Counted from the stretch's first letter, positions 1 to 13,135 are shown. The stretch: DNA of 64,000 nt from Octopus vulgaris (GCA_951406725.2 OX597822.1:48732001-48796000), one strand, 5' to 3'. The notes: generated from the sequence alone by a model not told the origin. Numbers and translations: made by a program.

Positions 1-915
1 GGAGTAGCTGTGTGGTAAGAAACAAGGGTCAATTTGTCTGCGAAATAAAGTAACGTTACCCCTCTTCGGTCTCACTCTTGATGTTGCTAGTTTTTTCAGC
101 CCCAAATCAAGCAGATGCATCCTCAAAGACATTCCATCTTTGACCATCTGGTCTTTTTAAATGGCTGTCTTTAACAACATTCTCAAAAATGCCTCTGTTT
201 TCATTGTTTTTCAATAAAATAGGCGATGCAATTCGAAGGATTTAACTAATGTTTCCAGCAGGTCGAGCGACGGACAACGTTGACGCTTTTTCTTTGACTC
301 ATTGTATCTTTTATCTTGTTTTGCAGTCATAGGACTGCATAGGGGATTTTATCGAACAAATCTTCATTTTTTTCAAGCCTGGTACTTCTATGGGTCTCAT
401 CTGCTGAACCGTCAATTTACGAGGACATAAACAAACCAACACCACTTGTCAAGTTGTGAGGTGTACAGACGAACGCACGCACGCGTGTATGCGCGCGTAC
501 CACGCGCTTCCATACAGTTTCTGTCTACCAAGATCACTCACGGTTGGCCTATGGCTATAGTAGAAGACATTTGCCCAAGGTAGCGTGCAGTGGGATTGAA
601 TCTGGAACCCTGTGGATGGGAAGCAAACTTTTTAACCACACAGCCATGCCAGCCTCCGTTTAATCTTTGTTTAACCTCCTCATATCTGCTGTTCGTGTCG
701 TCCAGCAGTCTTTCTGTCGGTGGTCCTAGCAGCCATGTTTATATGGACTCAAAGAAAACAGACGATCGTCTACTTCAACAAAACTACTAACTACAACGCT
801 ACAACACTAGTAGCAGCAACAACAACTACACCTACGATTATTACTACTATTAGTACTACTACATCAACTACTACTACTACCACCACCACCACCACCACCA
901 CTACTGCTGCTGCTG

Positions 916-970
<55 letters not shown>

Positions 971-1516
971 AGCAGTAACTTAATCCTTCATTAAGCAATT
1001 CTTTCCTTTCCTCTCGTTCTTTCTTTCCTTTTTGTAAGAGATATTAAGAATGGCTTTTGTTTTATTTATTTCTTAATTTGCCCAGATCCTCACCCCTCTA
1101 CTTACTCGTTCCCTAAAAACTATTCGCCAACCCACCCAGCCCCGACTCCAGCCGCAATTTGTAGCAGGGTAACGATTTAAGGGTGGACCAGCTGTTATCA
1201 CCAAACGCAAAATGGCGGTGACACAAAATAATGCAATTTTTCACTGCCCAGCAGCAGCAGCAGTACCGGTGGTTGTGGTGGTGGTGGTGGTGAAAATAGG
1301 GAATCAGGGTGAGGTGAGGTAGAACTGCTTGGTTATATCAATGAGCTCTCATTGCATTCTACGGTCTTGGAGAAGAAGGAATCTGTAGGATGTGTGAAGA
1401 GAGGGAGAGAAGGCGGAGGAGGAGGAAGGAGAAGAGGACGAGGGGAGAGAGAGATATATAGAGAGGAAAGGAGAGCTTTATATACCTGAACGGATTTCAT
1501 ACTCAAACACCATCAG

Positions 1517-1559
<43 letters not shown>

Positions 1560-1795
1560 TACACACACACTCATATATATATATACATACATGCATGCAT
1601 ACATACATGCATACATACGTCCATACATACATATATATATATATATATACATACATACACACACACTCACACACACACACACATATATATATAATACAAA
1701 ATGGGACAAGAACGCAAAACCTCCGGACTGTCAGGTGATACAAAAATGGGACACAAACATATATATGCATATACATATACATATATCTGTGTGTG

Positions 1796-1843
<48 letters not shown>

Positions 1844-2113
1844 TGCGTGTGTGTGTGTGCGTGTATATATATATATGTGTATGCATATATAATGTATGTA
1901 TACATATAGCTATAGATAGATATATAGATACATAGGCAGAGAGATAAACCGAGAGACAGATGGATAGATGGATTTACAAGAAGACCGGCCCACGGTGGTT
2001 GCCATTACATATAGTATGTATATGGAAGCCATAAGCAATAATGTTTAATAAACGTAGACATAGACATTGCGACGGATAAATCCACGGGGAATACAACAGC
2101 TGAAAATGAAGAT

Positions 2114-2150
2114 GGGTCGACTAGTTTCGACATACTTAGTCTCGTCAGAA
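2114..2150 (-). ncRNA. Hammerhead-like motif in a solo pLTR fragment
   Basis: Minus strand: CTGACGA-GAC(TAAGTAT)GTC-GAAA-CTAG-TC-GACCC. Canonical core, but the 5' strand of stem I is missing. Confidence 0.6.
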
Positions 2151-2729
2151 AAAGTTTATATCACTTGTCAACAACCGACGTTAAAAATAATATGCTTTCT
2201 TGCGGAAAACAAAACTGTTATTGGCATTTATATAAAATCGCACGTAATGTTGGCAGCCAGGATTTAACAATTCGTTCTGCTATAGACACAAGGCCTGAAA
2301 TTTTGAGGGGAGGGTTTAGTCGATTACATCGACTCCAATGCTCAATGGGTGCGTATTTTATCGACCCCGAACGGATGAATGGAAAAGTGGGTCTCGGCGA
2401 CATTTGAACTCAGAATGTAAAGCTTGGAAAAATGCACCCCGGGTTTAATGGCATCTGTCATCTTTCTGCTTGTTTCCATCATTTGACAGCGACCACGCTG
2501 GGGCACCATCTTGAAGGGTTTTAGTTAAACAAATCGAAACCAGTACTTTTTTGCTAAGTTATGAGGACGTAAACAAACTAACACCCGTTGTCAATCTTTT
2601 ATGGAACACACACATACACGCACGTACGTGTGCATACATGCACACACGTATTAAAACGATGGGCCTCCACCCGGAAACTCATATATTGGTCTTAGAACTA
2701 CCCTGCTTTTTTTTTGTTTTGTTCATATA

Positions 2730-2954
2730 CTCTTTTACTCTTTTACTTGTTTCAGTCATTTGACTGCGGTCTTCATGGAGCACCGCCTTTAGTCGAACAA
2801 ATCGACCCCAGGACTTATTCTTTGTAAGGCTAGTACTTATTCTGTCGGTCTCTCTTGCCGATAAACACACCAACATCTGTTGTCAAGTGATGGTGGGGGA
2901 CACAGACTCAAACATCTACATACATATATATATATATATATACACACACACGCG

Positions 2955-2994
<40 letters not shown>

Positions 2995-3148
2995 CAACGG
3001 GCTTCTTTCAGTTTCCGTCTACCAAATCCACTCACAAGGCTTTGGCTGGCCCGAGGCTATAGTAGAAGACACTTGCCCAAGATGCCATGCAGTGGGACTG
3101 AACCCTGAATCATGTGGATGGTAAGCAAGCTTCTTACCATACAGCCAT
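2730..3148 (-). mobile_element. SINE family A copy
   Basis: Reverse complement of the same family. Further copies or fragments at about 310-650, 7619-7785, 17210-17830, 17865-18070, 27790-28190, 28490-28670, 32200-32830, 39880-40870, 44210-44360 and 61320-61760. Confidence 0.8.
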
Positions 3149-3568
3149 CTATTTTATTTTAGTTTGTCTATTCACATTTGTGACGTCGTGCCGTCACTCT
3201 CAACAACGTTCGTTCTGCTTTTCCCAGCAGTATCGTGCTGTTGACGCCACCTAAAGTGAACAATACTATCTTTAAAGGCGTGAAATTGCAAGCATCCCTT
3301 CGACGATAACCAACGAGGAACGAGCAACGTTATGTCTTGTGTGTGAATTTTTCATTCGTTCCTTTGTCGTACTTCCGTTTATACTTTGGCACTTATTGTT
3401 TTATGTAACGCTGCACACCCCTCTTATTTTATATTTGCAAATGCATCTCTGCTCTCTCTCTCTATATATATATATACATACATACATACATACATACATA
3501 TAATCGTATGTATGTATACAGAGAGAGATAAACAGAGGGAAAGAGGGAAAGAGATGTGTATATATATA

Positions 3569-3610
<42 letters not shown>

Positions 3611-3832
3611 CATATATATGTATATACACACCCATATTACGTATATATATATATACCCATGTATAATATTTCAGTGTTAGTGTGTGTGTGTGTATGTGTG
3701 TACATTACTTACAATGTTAACCTAACATACTCGTACAGACGCCCATCCTTTCAACATGCATAAACCTATGGAAGTACTATGACTCCTTCTCACTCACCAA
3801 ACACATACACACTATATGTGTATATATATATA

Positions 3833-3910
<78 letters not shown>

Positions 3911-3945
3911 TATACATACATACATATATATATATACATACATAC

Positions 3946-4029
<84 letters not shown>

Positions 4030-4192
4030 GCGTGTCTATCCCCCCACTCCTCATGCTTCACATGATAGCGGTGCTGAGCAAAGTAGACCGAGGAACCAAT
4101 TATTCATTATAACATGTAACAGATAACAGTTTTTGACCTGCAGACACCGCAGGCGGCTTGGCCGTTGTATGCGCATTGTGTGTGTGTATGTA

Positions 4193-4250
<58 letters not shown>

Positions 4251-4635
4251 TTCTGTGATGTATGCAGATATGCAGAGACACACACCAGACCACAAACGCC
4301 AGAGCCTAAGGTAATGTGTGAATGAGAGCATGTCAGCCCACGCATGTATGCGTGTGTTTACACACACACACACTCACACACACACACACACACACACACA
4401 CGTACAGACATACTCGTATATCTATCCATTTATCTATATATATGTATATATTTATATAGGTATATATGTATATATCTATGTGTGTATATATATATATATA
4501 TGTGTGTGTGTGTATGGATATGCATATAGCTATGCATAATGTGTTTGTCTATGTATATATGTGTCTATGTGTATATGTATGTATATATATATATATATAT
4601 ATACATAGATATATGTGTGTATACATATATATATG

Positions 4636-4737
<102 letters not shown>

Positions 4738-4959
4738 TACATATATATATACATATATATATGTGTGTATATATATATATATATGTGTATATATATATAC
4801 ATACACATATGCATACACATGTGTATATGGATGTACGTGTATACATGTTTTTTGCGCATATCATTGAAATTATTATAAATATATGTATTTATGTTCGTAT
4901 AATAAAGACATAAATAGAGTCTGTAAATAAATATATATTCACGTAAAAACACATTACTG

Positions 4960-5001
<42 letters not shown>

Positions 5002-5116
5002 ATAGGTATATACAGGCATGTGCCCTTGTGCGTATGTAAGCGCGCACATTTCATATTTATTTATATGTACGTTTATATATTTTGTTTATATATTAAAGAC
5101 ACACACCTACACACAC

Positions 5117-5153
<37 letters not shown>

Positions 5154-5381
5154 AAGAGAGAGAGGGAGAAAGGGGAAGAGTGTTACATTTGTACACTCTT
5201 ACATACATACATATATGTGTGTCTGTGTGTGTCTTTGCGTGTGTATAGTGTGTGTGTATGTCTTTGTGTGTGTATAGTGCTTGTGTGTGTGTATGTATGC
5301 GTGTGCATTTTTGCGTTTGTGCAAAATGTGAGAGAGAGAATGTTTGTTATATCTCAGAACATTAAAAAAAACAACTCATAC

Positions 5382-5423
<42 letters not shown>

Positions 5424-5559
5424 GGAGATAAAAGGAGCAACATGAAAATAAAGAAGAAAAAAAAACTACAAGGTGGGGGTTTTATTAAACATATGCTCCC
5501 TTTGTTTAAAATTCCCAGCAGTGGTAGGGACCCAAATATGTAAGAATATTAGTTGTGGT

Positions 5560-5874
5560 GTTAATATAGTTACTGGTGTTTGTCAGAGGTGGCGCTGATG
5601 GCGCCGGTTGTAGTAGTGAATGGTGGTAGTGGTGGTGGTGGTGGTGGTGGTGGTGGTAGTGGTGGTAGTGGTGGTGGCGGTGGTGGTGGTGGTAGTGGTG
5701 GTGGTGGTGGTGGTGGTGGTGGTGGTGGTGGTGGTGGTGGTAGTGGTGGTGGTGGTGGTGGTGGTGGTGGTGATGGTTGTGGTGATGGTGGTGGTGGTGG
5801 TGGTGGAAATATGGCTGGTGTTTTGGTGGTGCTGGTTGGTGGTTGTAGTGGTTGAGGTGTTAGTGTTGTTGTTG

Positions 5875-5906
<32 letters not shown>

Positions 5907-6435
5907 GGTTGTACTGATGGTGGCGGTGGCGGTGGTTGTGCAGTGGTCTTCAGGGTATTAATGTTTGTGGTGGCTTGTCGTTGTTGCCGGCGGTGATGGT
6001 GGCGGTGAAGGTGCTTTGCTTAGATGGTGGGGCCTAAAAAAAAGGAGAACGATTCTGAAGGCGACGGTGACGATAGTAGTGGTTGTTGTTGTTGTTGATG
6101 ATGATGATGTTCTTGTTGTTGTTGTGGTATGGTGGTGGTGTTGGAGGAGAACGTGGTGGAGGTACGTGTTATCTTGGTTGGTGGTGAATGTGTATGTGTG
6201 TGTGTGCGTGTGTGAGGAGGAGGTACGTAATGATGTGGTGGGGGGCCAGGGTGGGGCGATGATGGTGGCGGTGGTCGTTGTGGTTTAGGGTGGTTACGGT
6301 AACGGTACTGGAGTAGTAGTAGTAGTAATAGTAGTGGTGGGGGTGGGGGTAGTGAGGGTGATGCCACACATATTGGTCTACCTACAGAAATTGACAGTGG
6401 TGGGGGTGGTAGTGGTGGTAGTGGTGGTGGTGGTG

Positions 6436-6475
<40 letters not shown>

Positions 6476-6780
6476 GGGAGGAAGAGTAGGAAGAGGAGGA
6501 GGAGGAGCAGCAGCAGGAGCATCACTAGTGGTAGTAGAAGTGGCAGCGGCAGCAGCAACAATGGTGTTGGTTCAAATGGCGCTGGTGGTGTGTTTCTGGT
6601 GAGGATGGGTGCCGCTATTGATGATGATGATGATGATGATGACGATGGTGGTGGTGGTGGTGGCCCTGGTTGTGACGCTTGTAACAACAGCAGTAGCAGC
6701 TGCAGCAAGCTGTAGTGGTGGTGGTGGTGGTGATGATGGTGGTGGTGGTGGTGGTATTGGCGGGGTGTGCATTAAAGGTT
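5560..6780. repeat. Mixed (GGT)n/(GTT)n/(GTA)n/(GAT)n low-complexity tract
   Basis: Direct inspection. Similar tracts at 830-970, 41040-41540 and 63320-63530. Confidence 0.9.
6621..6777 (+). CDS. Candidate first coding exon (signal peptide + Gly linker) of the RECK-like gene
   Basis: MMMMMMMTMVVVVVALVVTLVTTAVAAAASCSGGGGGDDGGGGGGIGGVCIK-G ending at a phase-1 aag|gttatg donor that fits the 13136 exon. Lies in a GT-rich trinucleotide tract, so chance is plausible. Confidence 0.3.
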
Positions 6781-7121
6781 ATGTGTGTATGTTTGGTTCC
6801 ACAACTGCATTGATGTCCCACTTCCCTCTGACCCTTAACCCTCAAAAACCTTAATCCACTCCCCCCATTTAAGATTGTCGAAATCTCCTTCCGCCTTGTC
6901 GTTTTTCTTCCCTTTTGTTGTTGGTATTGTTGTTGTATGATATATACACTCCCACACACTCGAGCGCGCACGCAAACGCACATAAACCTAATGGCAAAAT
7001 ATGTAACCTTTATGTAATTATGTGCACACACACAATCTATACTTGCATGTATATATATATACATATATACATACATATATATTCATATATATATATATGT
7101 ATGTATCTTTATATATGTGTG

Positions 7122-7157
<36 letters not shown>

Positions 7158-7210
7158 CATATATATACATATATATATACGTATATATATATACATATAT
7201 ATATATATAT

Positions 7211-7500
7211 TACGGAGATGTACTCGCATAGCAAGTAATTTGATCTGAGATCGTGTGCTGAAACGAAAACAATTGCAGCGTGGAAGGTGTTTATAAGCCA
7301 TTTAAGAAACACACAAAAGCCGTTCGATTCACTCCAACATTTAAGTTTAATTTGTCAAAGATGCAGCACGGACTTTGTCAGTGAACAGGTCGCGGATTTT
7401 AGCGACGAAAATATTTTGACAAATTAAACTTAAATGCTGGAGTGAATCGAACGGCTTTTGTGTGTTTCTTAAATGGCTTATAAACACCTTCCACGCTGCA

Positions 7501-7505
<5 letters not shown>
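7211..7505. mobile_element. Inverted pair of Penelope-type pLTR fragments in (TA)n
   Basis: 7269-7359 is the near-perfect reverse complement of 7415-7505. A hammerhead motif lies between/overlapping the arms. Flanks are TA repeats. Confidence 0.7.
7374..7423 (+). ncRNA. Hammerhead-like motif with G3:C8 core swap
   Basis: TTTGTCA-GTGAACA-G-GTCGC(GGATTTTA)GCGAC-GAAA-ATAT-TT-TGACAAA: 7-bp stem I, 5-bp stem II, palindromic stem III. Confidence 0.7.
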
Positions 7506-7561
<56 letters not shown>

Positions 7562-7803
7562 TATATATATACATATATATATATACATATATATATATAA
7601 TATATATAAACATATATAGGCGCAGTAGTGGCTATGTGGTAAGTAGCTTTCTTACCAACCACATGGTTCCTGGTTCAGTCTCACTGCGTGGCACCTTGGG
7701 CAAGTGTCTTCTGCTATAGCCTCAGGCCGACCAAAGCCTTGTGAGTAGATTTGGTAGACGGAAACTGGAAGAAGCCCGTCGTATACATACATACATACAT
7801 ACA

Positions 7804-7864
<61 letters not shown>

Positions 7865-8117
7865 ATTGGCAAACCCCAGAGGTAACACATTCATTTCTCC
7901 TTAGCCCTCACGTCACACTGTCTTTAGTGTTTATTTGAGTTGGGTCACGCCCTTCCAATTGCTACAGATCCGTAATGCATCTTAAGGCTGTGCCGGTCAC
8001 TTGTATGATGACGAATTCTACTTTGGGGAGTGGTAACATCTAGGGTACGGTAGCCGACCGCTTATTGTGATCATTCGTCTTTTGGTTTCCTCTAGCTTTT
8101 ACAAACCCAGTGAACAT

Positions 8118-8823
8118 TCATATATTTCCGACTTCAGTTGTATTTACTGTTGAATCATTACAATTAGATTCAAATATATCTTTCAGCCACTGATATAAAT
8201 TACTCTTTGAATTTTTCGAGGCATCTGTAACATTTTTAATAGATTCAAGAATAAACAGTGAACCTAATTTTAGCTCTGAATAAAGCCTAGTACGAATTTG
8301 CTGATAAATACACGACATCTCTTTCTTATTCTTGCAAGACAACCCAACATCTAAATCAGACATTTTCCCTGAAACCAGCTTTCGCAGAAATTGGTCTGCC
8401 TGACCGTAAAGTGCTAATGGAACATTTAACACGACTTATCTGCCGAAGTTCCAGGTTATCTGAAAGTGGTGCTTCTTTTGTTTTGTCTGGCATTGTCAAC
8501 CAAAGCCAACACATCATCTAAACAAAAAATAATCTAATCCTTGATCTACAGAGAACAAACTTCCCAGTTTCTTTCAAATGGTGGCTCAAATGGTGGTTCA
8601 AATGGTGGTTCAAACTTTGTTGCCATTCTGTGAATCACTTCCTCAGGTATGGGGTTTGGCCTATGATTGTTCCTTTTCAATGCCAATTCTATGTTACATT
8701 CAATATAAACTTGACAAAACCAATGCTATACTTTCTGACTAACTGATAGAAAGGATATCACATTCCTTGATAATACATGATATCATCTCTGATAACCAAC
8801 CAGTGAAATTCTTTTTTCATGTC
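8118..8823 (-). pseudogene. PSTK: Disrupted fragment of L-seryl-tRNA(Sec) kinase (PSTK), C-terminal half
   Basis: Minus strand reads DDIMYYQGM*YPFYQLVRKYSIGF/CQVYIECNIELALKRNNHRPNPIPEEVIHRMATKFEPP...ERNWE...DNLELRQISRVKCSISTL/QADQFLRKLVS, matching recalled PSTK motifs DDNFYYQSMRYEVYQLARKYSLGFCQLFLDC and DQTLRRIVS. Has stops, frameshifts and a triplicated 12-bp unit. Confidence 0.8.
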
Positions 8824-8904
8824 CTGAAATAGATATAAGATTCAAGTTAAAAAAGATTCCCAACAATTCAACTTCTCTGGCTGACTTTAACAGAACTCCC
8901 AATA

Positions 8905-9195
8905 GGGGCCTTATTCCCAAATTTTAGAGTTACGTGTGCACCATTTTCAGGAGCAAAAACCTTTGAATAGGTTTTATAACATTTGCATAAAGATGAGTAT
9001 TATGGGATAAATATGTCATGATTAGAATTTTTGTTAGGGTGTGTAAAGAGGGAAAAATCTGTCATTAAAATTCTTAATCTCCAATTTTGATGAAATTCGA
9101 ATCATAGGTATTCCAGTTTATTAGAGAAAATATAAAGGAAAAGTCTAATTTCTTCAATTCCATGTGACCCGGTTAACGCCGGGTATCTCTGCTAG
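8905..9195 (+). mobile_element. Helitron-like 3' end
   Basis: CCCGGTTAACGCCGGG hairpin followed by ...CTAG|T. The left boundary is approximate. Confidence 0.6.
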
Positions 9196-9326
9196 TATAT
9201 GTATATATATACAAACATACATATACATATACATATATGTATGCGTGTGTGTGTATGCATGTTTTATTTATTAATTTGTTATTATATATATATATATATA
9301 TATACATATATATCCATAATATGTAT

Positions 9327-9358
<32 letters not shown>

Positions 9359-9516
9359 GTGTGTGTGTGTTTGTATATATACACATACACGCGCACACGC
9401 CCGCGCAGACACATATGTATGTAATTACAGACACACTCATGGGAAAACAGTAAACACAAACACACACGTGTTATATATATACATATCTACATATCTATAT
9501 GTATGCATGTGTGTGC

Positions 9517-9555
<39 letters not shown>

Positions 9556-10101
9556 TTTAATAAATGCAAATCCCACCCGCCCTGCCCTCACTCCCTCTCT
9601 CCATTCATCCATTACGGAAGGGCGGACACACACCATGTCGTCGGTGTGGCTGAGAGTGAAGTTCTGTGTTAATACCACCACCTCCAAGGTAGTACGAGGC
9701 ACTGTTTGGGTTTCGTGGTGAGAGGTAGACAGCGAAGGGAACAAAACAGAGACTGAAGTGAGTGTAGGGAAGGGAGCTTCGGGTGGGGGTGGAGCTGAGT
9801 TGTAGGAGAAAAAAGGAACCCTGCTCCCTACTCCGTAAGAGCTTTAAAATCACCAAAACCGCCACTGTTTTGGCTTTGGTGCAAAAGTAAAAAAAAAAAA
9901 AAAGAGAGAGAGAGAGAACTAAAAGTAATGTTTGATAAATATGTGTACATAATGAAGAAATCTAAAAACAATGGTGAGTGTACATAAATATATATGTGTG
10001 TGTTGTATACATATGTATGATAGTATGGAAAGCATGTCTTTTATATATCAATATTATTATTATTATATTATTATATTATTATAACTTTGTAGTTATGTAT
10101 A

Positions 10102-10233
10102 TCCTCTGACGAGGCCTTTAGTTATTTAAACAGACAAATATAATATTTAATGCCTAAGACTATACTATAATGGCATATATGAGCAATTTATGGTGGATTG
10201 CCACTTGACCATAGGCTGAAACAGCTGTAAGGA
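10102..10233 (+). ncRNA. Hammerhead motif with canonical core and ~95-nt loop II
   Basis: TCCT-CTGACGA-GGCCT...AGGCT-GAAA-CAGCTG-TA-AGGA; predicted cleavage after GUA (10229). Confidence 0.7.
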
Positions 10234-10598
10234 GCAGTTTATTTGTATTATTTTTATTGTATTATTAATTTGCATATTGATGCATATTGTTTTGTTCGCT
10301 TTTCATGTTCTTATTTGTATAAATAATATGAAATTGGAATATCCGTAAGTTGATGATCGAAATGAATTTGTTCCTCCATTTTCTTAGTTGTATTATGAAT
10401 TTACGGTAAAATATTTTTTACCTTCACCCATCCAATACAATAAATGAATTAATTGCATTGCAATTATAAGCATTTATGTATTTAGTATTTTGGTACTTCA
10501 CCAGCAGTTATAATAAAAGCAATTTTAAATTAATTTGATGGGTTACTTTACACTTTTATAGAGTACAAATTTATTATTCTTAAACAAGAATATTACTG

Positions 10599-10643
10599 AC
10601 AGTGAAATCGAAGTTTCGGTTCGTTAAGCCATCGTCGGACCGC
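10599..10643 (-). ncRNA. Degenerate hammerhead-like motif
   Basis: Minus strand: GCGGT-CCGACGA-TGG..CC-GAAA-CTTCGATT-TC-ACTGT, then AATAAA. Stems II and III are imperfect. Confidence 0.4.
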
Positions 10644-11966
10644 GATGCTTTGAAGTTAACCTTGGCTTTATGTAGTCTCCGTTGAGTTTAAATCTTCCAT
10701 TGGTATACGTGTTTGGGCGGAGTGATAATTAGGTTTTAGGGTAGATTGTTTTGGAGAAATTTTTATTGATTAAATTTGAGATTATATTATTGTTTAGAAT
10801 CTATTTGTGTATGTAGAATTTTGTAAGTAAGTGCGTATTTTCAAACGTGTACCTTTTGTTACGTAAGTATAGGTTATATTGTAATTTTAGTTATTTTTGA
10901 TTTTATTAGATTTAATCCTTTGCTTCAATGGCAACTCCGGCACTCGGGCTGTTCGAGCTTAGCCCAAGTATGAATTTAGTAAAGTGAACATGTATTTTCA
11001 AGCTGATTTAATATCTCAAGTATGTAATTGCAGCCAATAACTCAGGCTCCTTTTATCGAGCCTGGTCACAGTTCATTCATTTTCGTCCAGCGTCTGGCAG
11101 TCATCTTAGAAGTGCCCTATGTCAAAAAATATTATTCATAGCAGACGTTCTCTCGACATAATCCACACGCGCCTTGCTCGGGCTCAGAAGTTACATCCTG
11201 AGTTGTTATCTATAATCGTAAAAATCAAAAGTAATTCAACTTCAATGTTTTCTTGAAACAATAAATTTCTATAGAGATTAAGATTTAAATTCCAATCTAT
11301 GAAAAGTTTCCGCTCTACAATATTCTTAAAGAAACGAAAGAATATCCAGCAACTCGGGCTAATACGAATGAGCCTTGGTAGGTGTAAAAGACTTACTGGC
11401 ATCTCTTGTCAAGAGAACAGGCGCTGATGTTTGTTGCGCACACTGCTGTCGTTATGTGATTGTTGTTATTCTGTGCGTCTGTGTGTAAGGATCAGTTGTG
11501 TTTTGTAAGATTGATTTAATTTTACCCTTAACTTAGAAATGAAAAAAGATATAGTGCTAGATATAAAAAAAAATAAGCCATTTGGTGCTAGAAATAAAGC
11601 GGAAAAATGTGAAATTCTTTTGAGCAGATATGGGTCTTATTCGAGTGACGCTGATGACTTGGAGTCAACTGTTTTGCTTAGACAATGTGAAGGTCAAGAG
11701 CGTAAAGTCCAGTATGTAAAATCTCTGTAATTGGATGCGTCAACTTTTTCAGCAATGTAATTTTATAGGGGTTCACAAAAGAATGCAAATAGGTGGTATG
11801 TTTTAGCTGGTCAGCTTCTTTACTTCTTGTTGTCACCATGCTGGACAAAATGCCTAACGGCATCCTTTCGCATTCTGTAAAATAGATACTTGTTGAATAC
11901 TGGAGCTGATGTAATAGACTTAGCCCGCCCCCCGAAATTGCTGGCCTTGTACCAAAATTTGAAACT

Positions 11967-12034
<68 letters not shown>

Positions 12035-12089
12035 CATTATTATTATTATTATTATTACCTCTTCCTTCGTTAAGGCGGAGGTATTGTTT

Positions 12090-12239
12090 TCATCTATCTA
12101 ATACTTCCCTGATTATTCTGGTCGAACCAAGGATGCAAACCTTTTGTAACAGTTCTACTAGGCACTCTATTCCAATTTCCTTTATATTCCTCTTGATGCC
12201 TTCTGATACTGTTTCCAATGACCCAACAATAATTGGTGC
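12090..12239 (-). mobile_element. 3' fragment of an R2-superfamily (R4/Dong-like) LINE
   Basis: APIIVGSLETVSEGIKRNIKEIGIECLVELLQKVCILGSTRIIREVLDR*, typical restriction-like endonuclease C-terminus; flanked by (TAA)n. Confidence 0.75.
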
Positions 12240-12249
12240 TTATTATTAT

Positions 12250-12795
12250 TGCGTGAGAGAGCAGTGCATGCCATCAAAGTGACACAAGGGTACAAATATA
12301 CGAATCCCAATAAACCCATCATGACTACTCGTCAGATAAGGGTACACCAAGCACATGCATCACAACCATATGTGTGTGATATGGTGATTTCATATCAAGA
12401 TAAATAACGCATGAACTTTCAGGTGGGACTCGGAATTTTCTTCAGGTCAAGTGGCCCATCCCGCTCAAAAGGTCCCTGATTAAGGGTTGTTTAAGGATGA
12501 TGAATGAAACACCCATGTTTCTAGAGGTGAATTATCCAAACCCCAAAGAATTCCTCTCAATACATGGCTATGATGCTCTCCTACTACTTCTACTCGTGAT
12601 CAGAGATGCACATATCGTCAGCCACCAAGGGACATGCTCAAATGGTTACGGTCAAACAACTGACAAGTAAGGCTGTGGTATTGAGCAGAATATTTGCTGT
12701 ATTCCATCTTTTATACCAAGACAAAACGATGTACATGATAACACTTCCAGTCAGTTAAGATCAAAAGCCATGTGAACCAGTGCCTGGTACAGCTT
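12250..12795. mobile_element. Unclassified interspersed repeat between (TTA)n tracts; partial inverted copy at about 41670-41840
   Basis: 12460-12575 matches the reverse complement of about 41670-41780. Confidence 0.5.
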
Positions 12796-12819
12796 ATTAT
12801 TATTATTATTGTTATTATT

Positions 12820-12855
<36 letters not shown>

Positions 12856-13135
12856 ATGGTTCAATCTGTGTTCAAATTTAGCGCAGGTTGGCTTTGCCTT
12901 TCATCGTTTTGTAATCGGTAAAATAAATACCAATTGTAATTTACTAACCCCGTCTCATCAAATTTCACGCCTTGTGACTATTATAGGAGAACGGATTATG
13001 ACGATTATTGTTGCTGTTGTCGACTCTGTTGTTGTTATTGTTGTTGTTGTTACTTAATTACATAATAAAAAGAAAGAAAAATTCCTTTTCCCTAATCCTT
13101 TATTTATTCTTTTTTCTATCTTTTCTCGTTTCCAG

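Noticed and set aside
8758-8760. In-frame TGA in the PSTK fragment as a possible selenocysteine codon
   Set aside because: Aligns with a conserved Arg (CGA>TGA deamination) and is accompanied by frameshifts and other stops.
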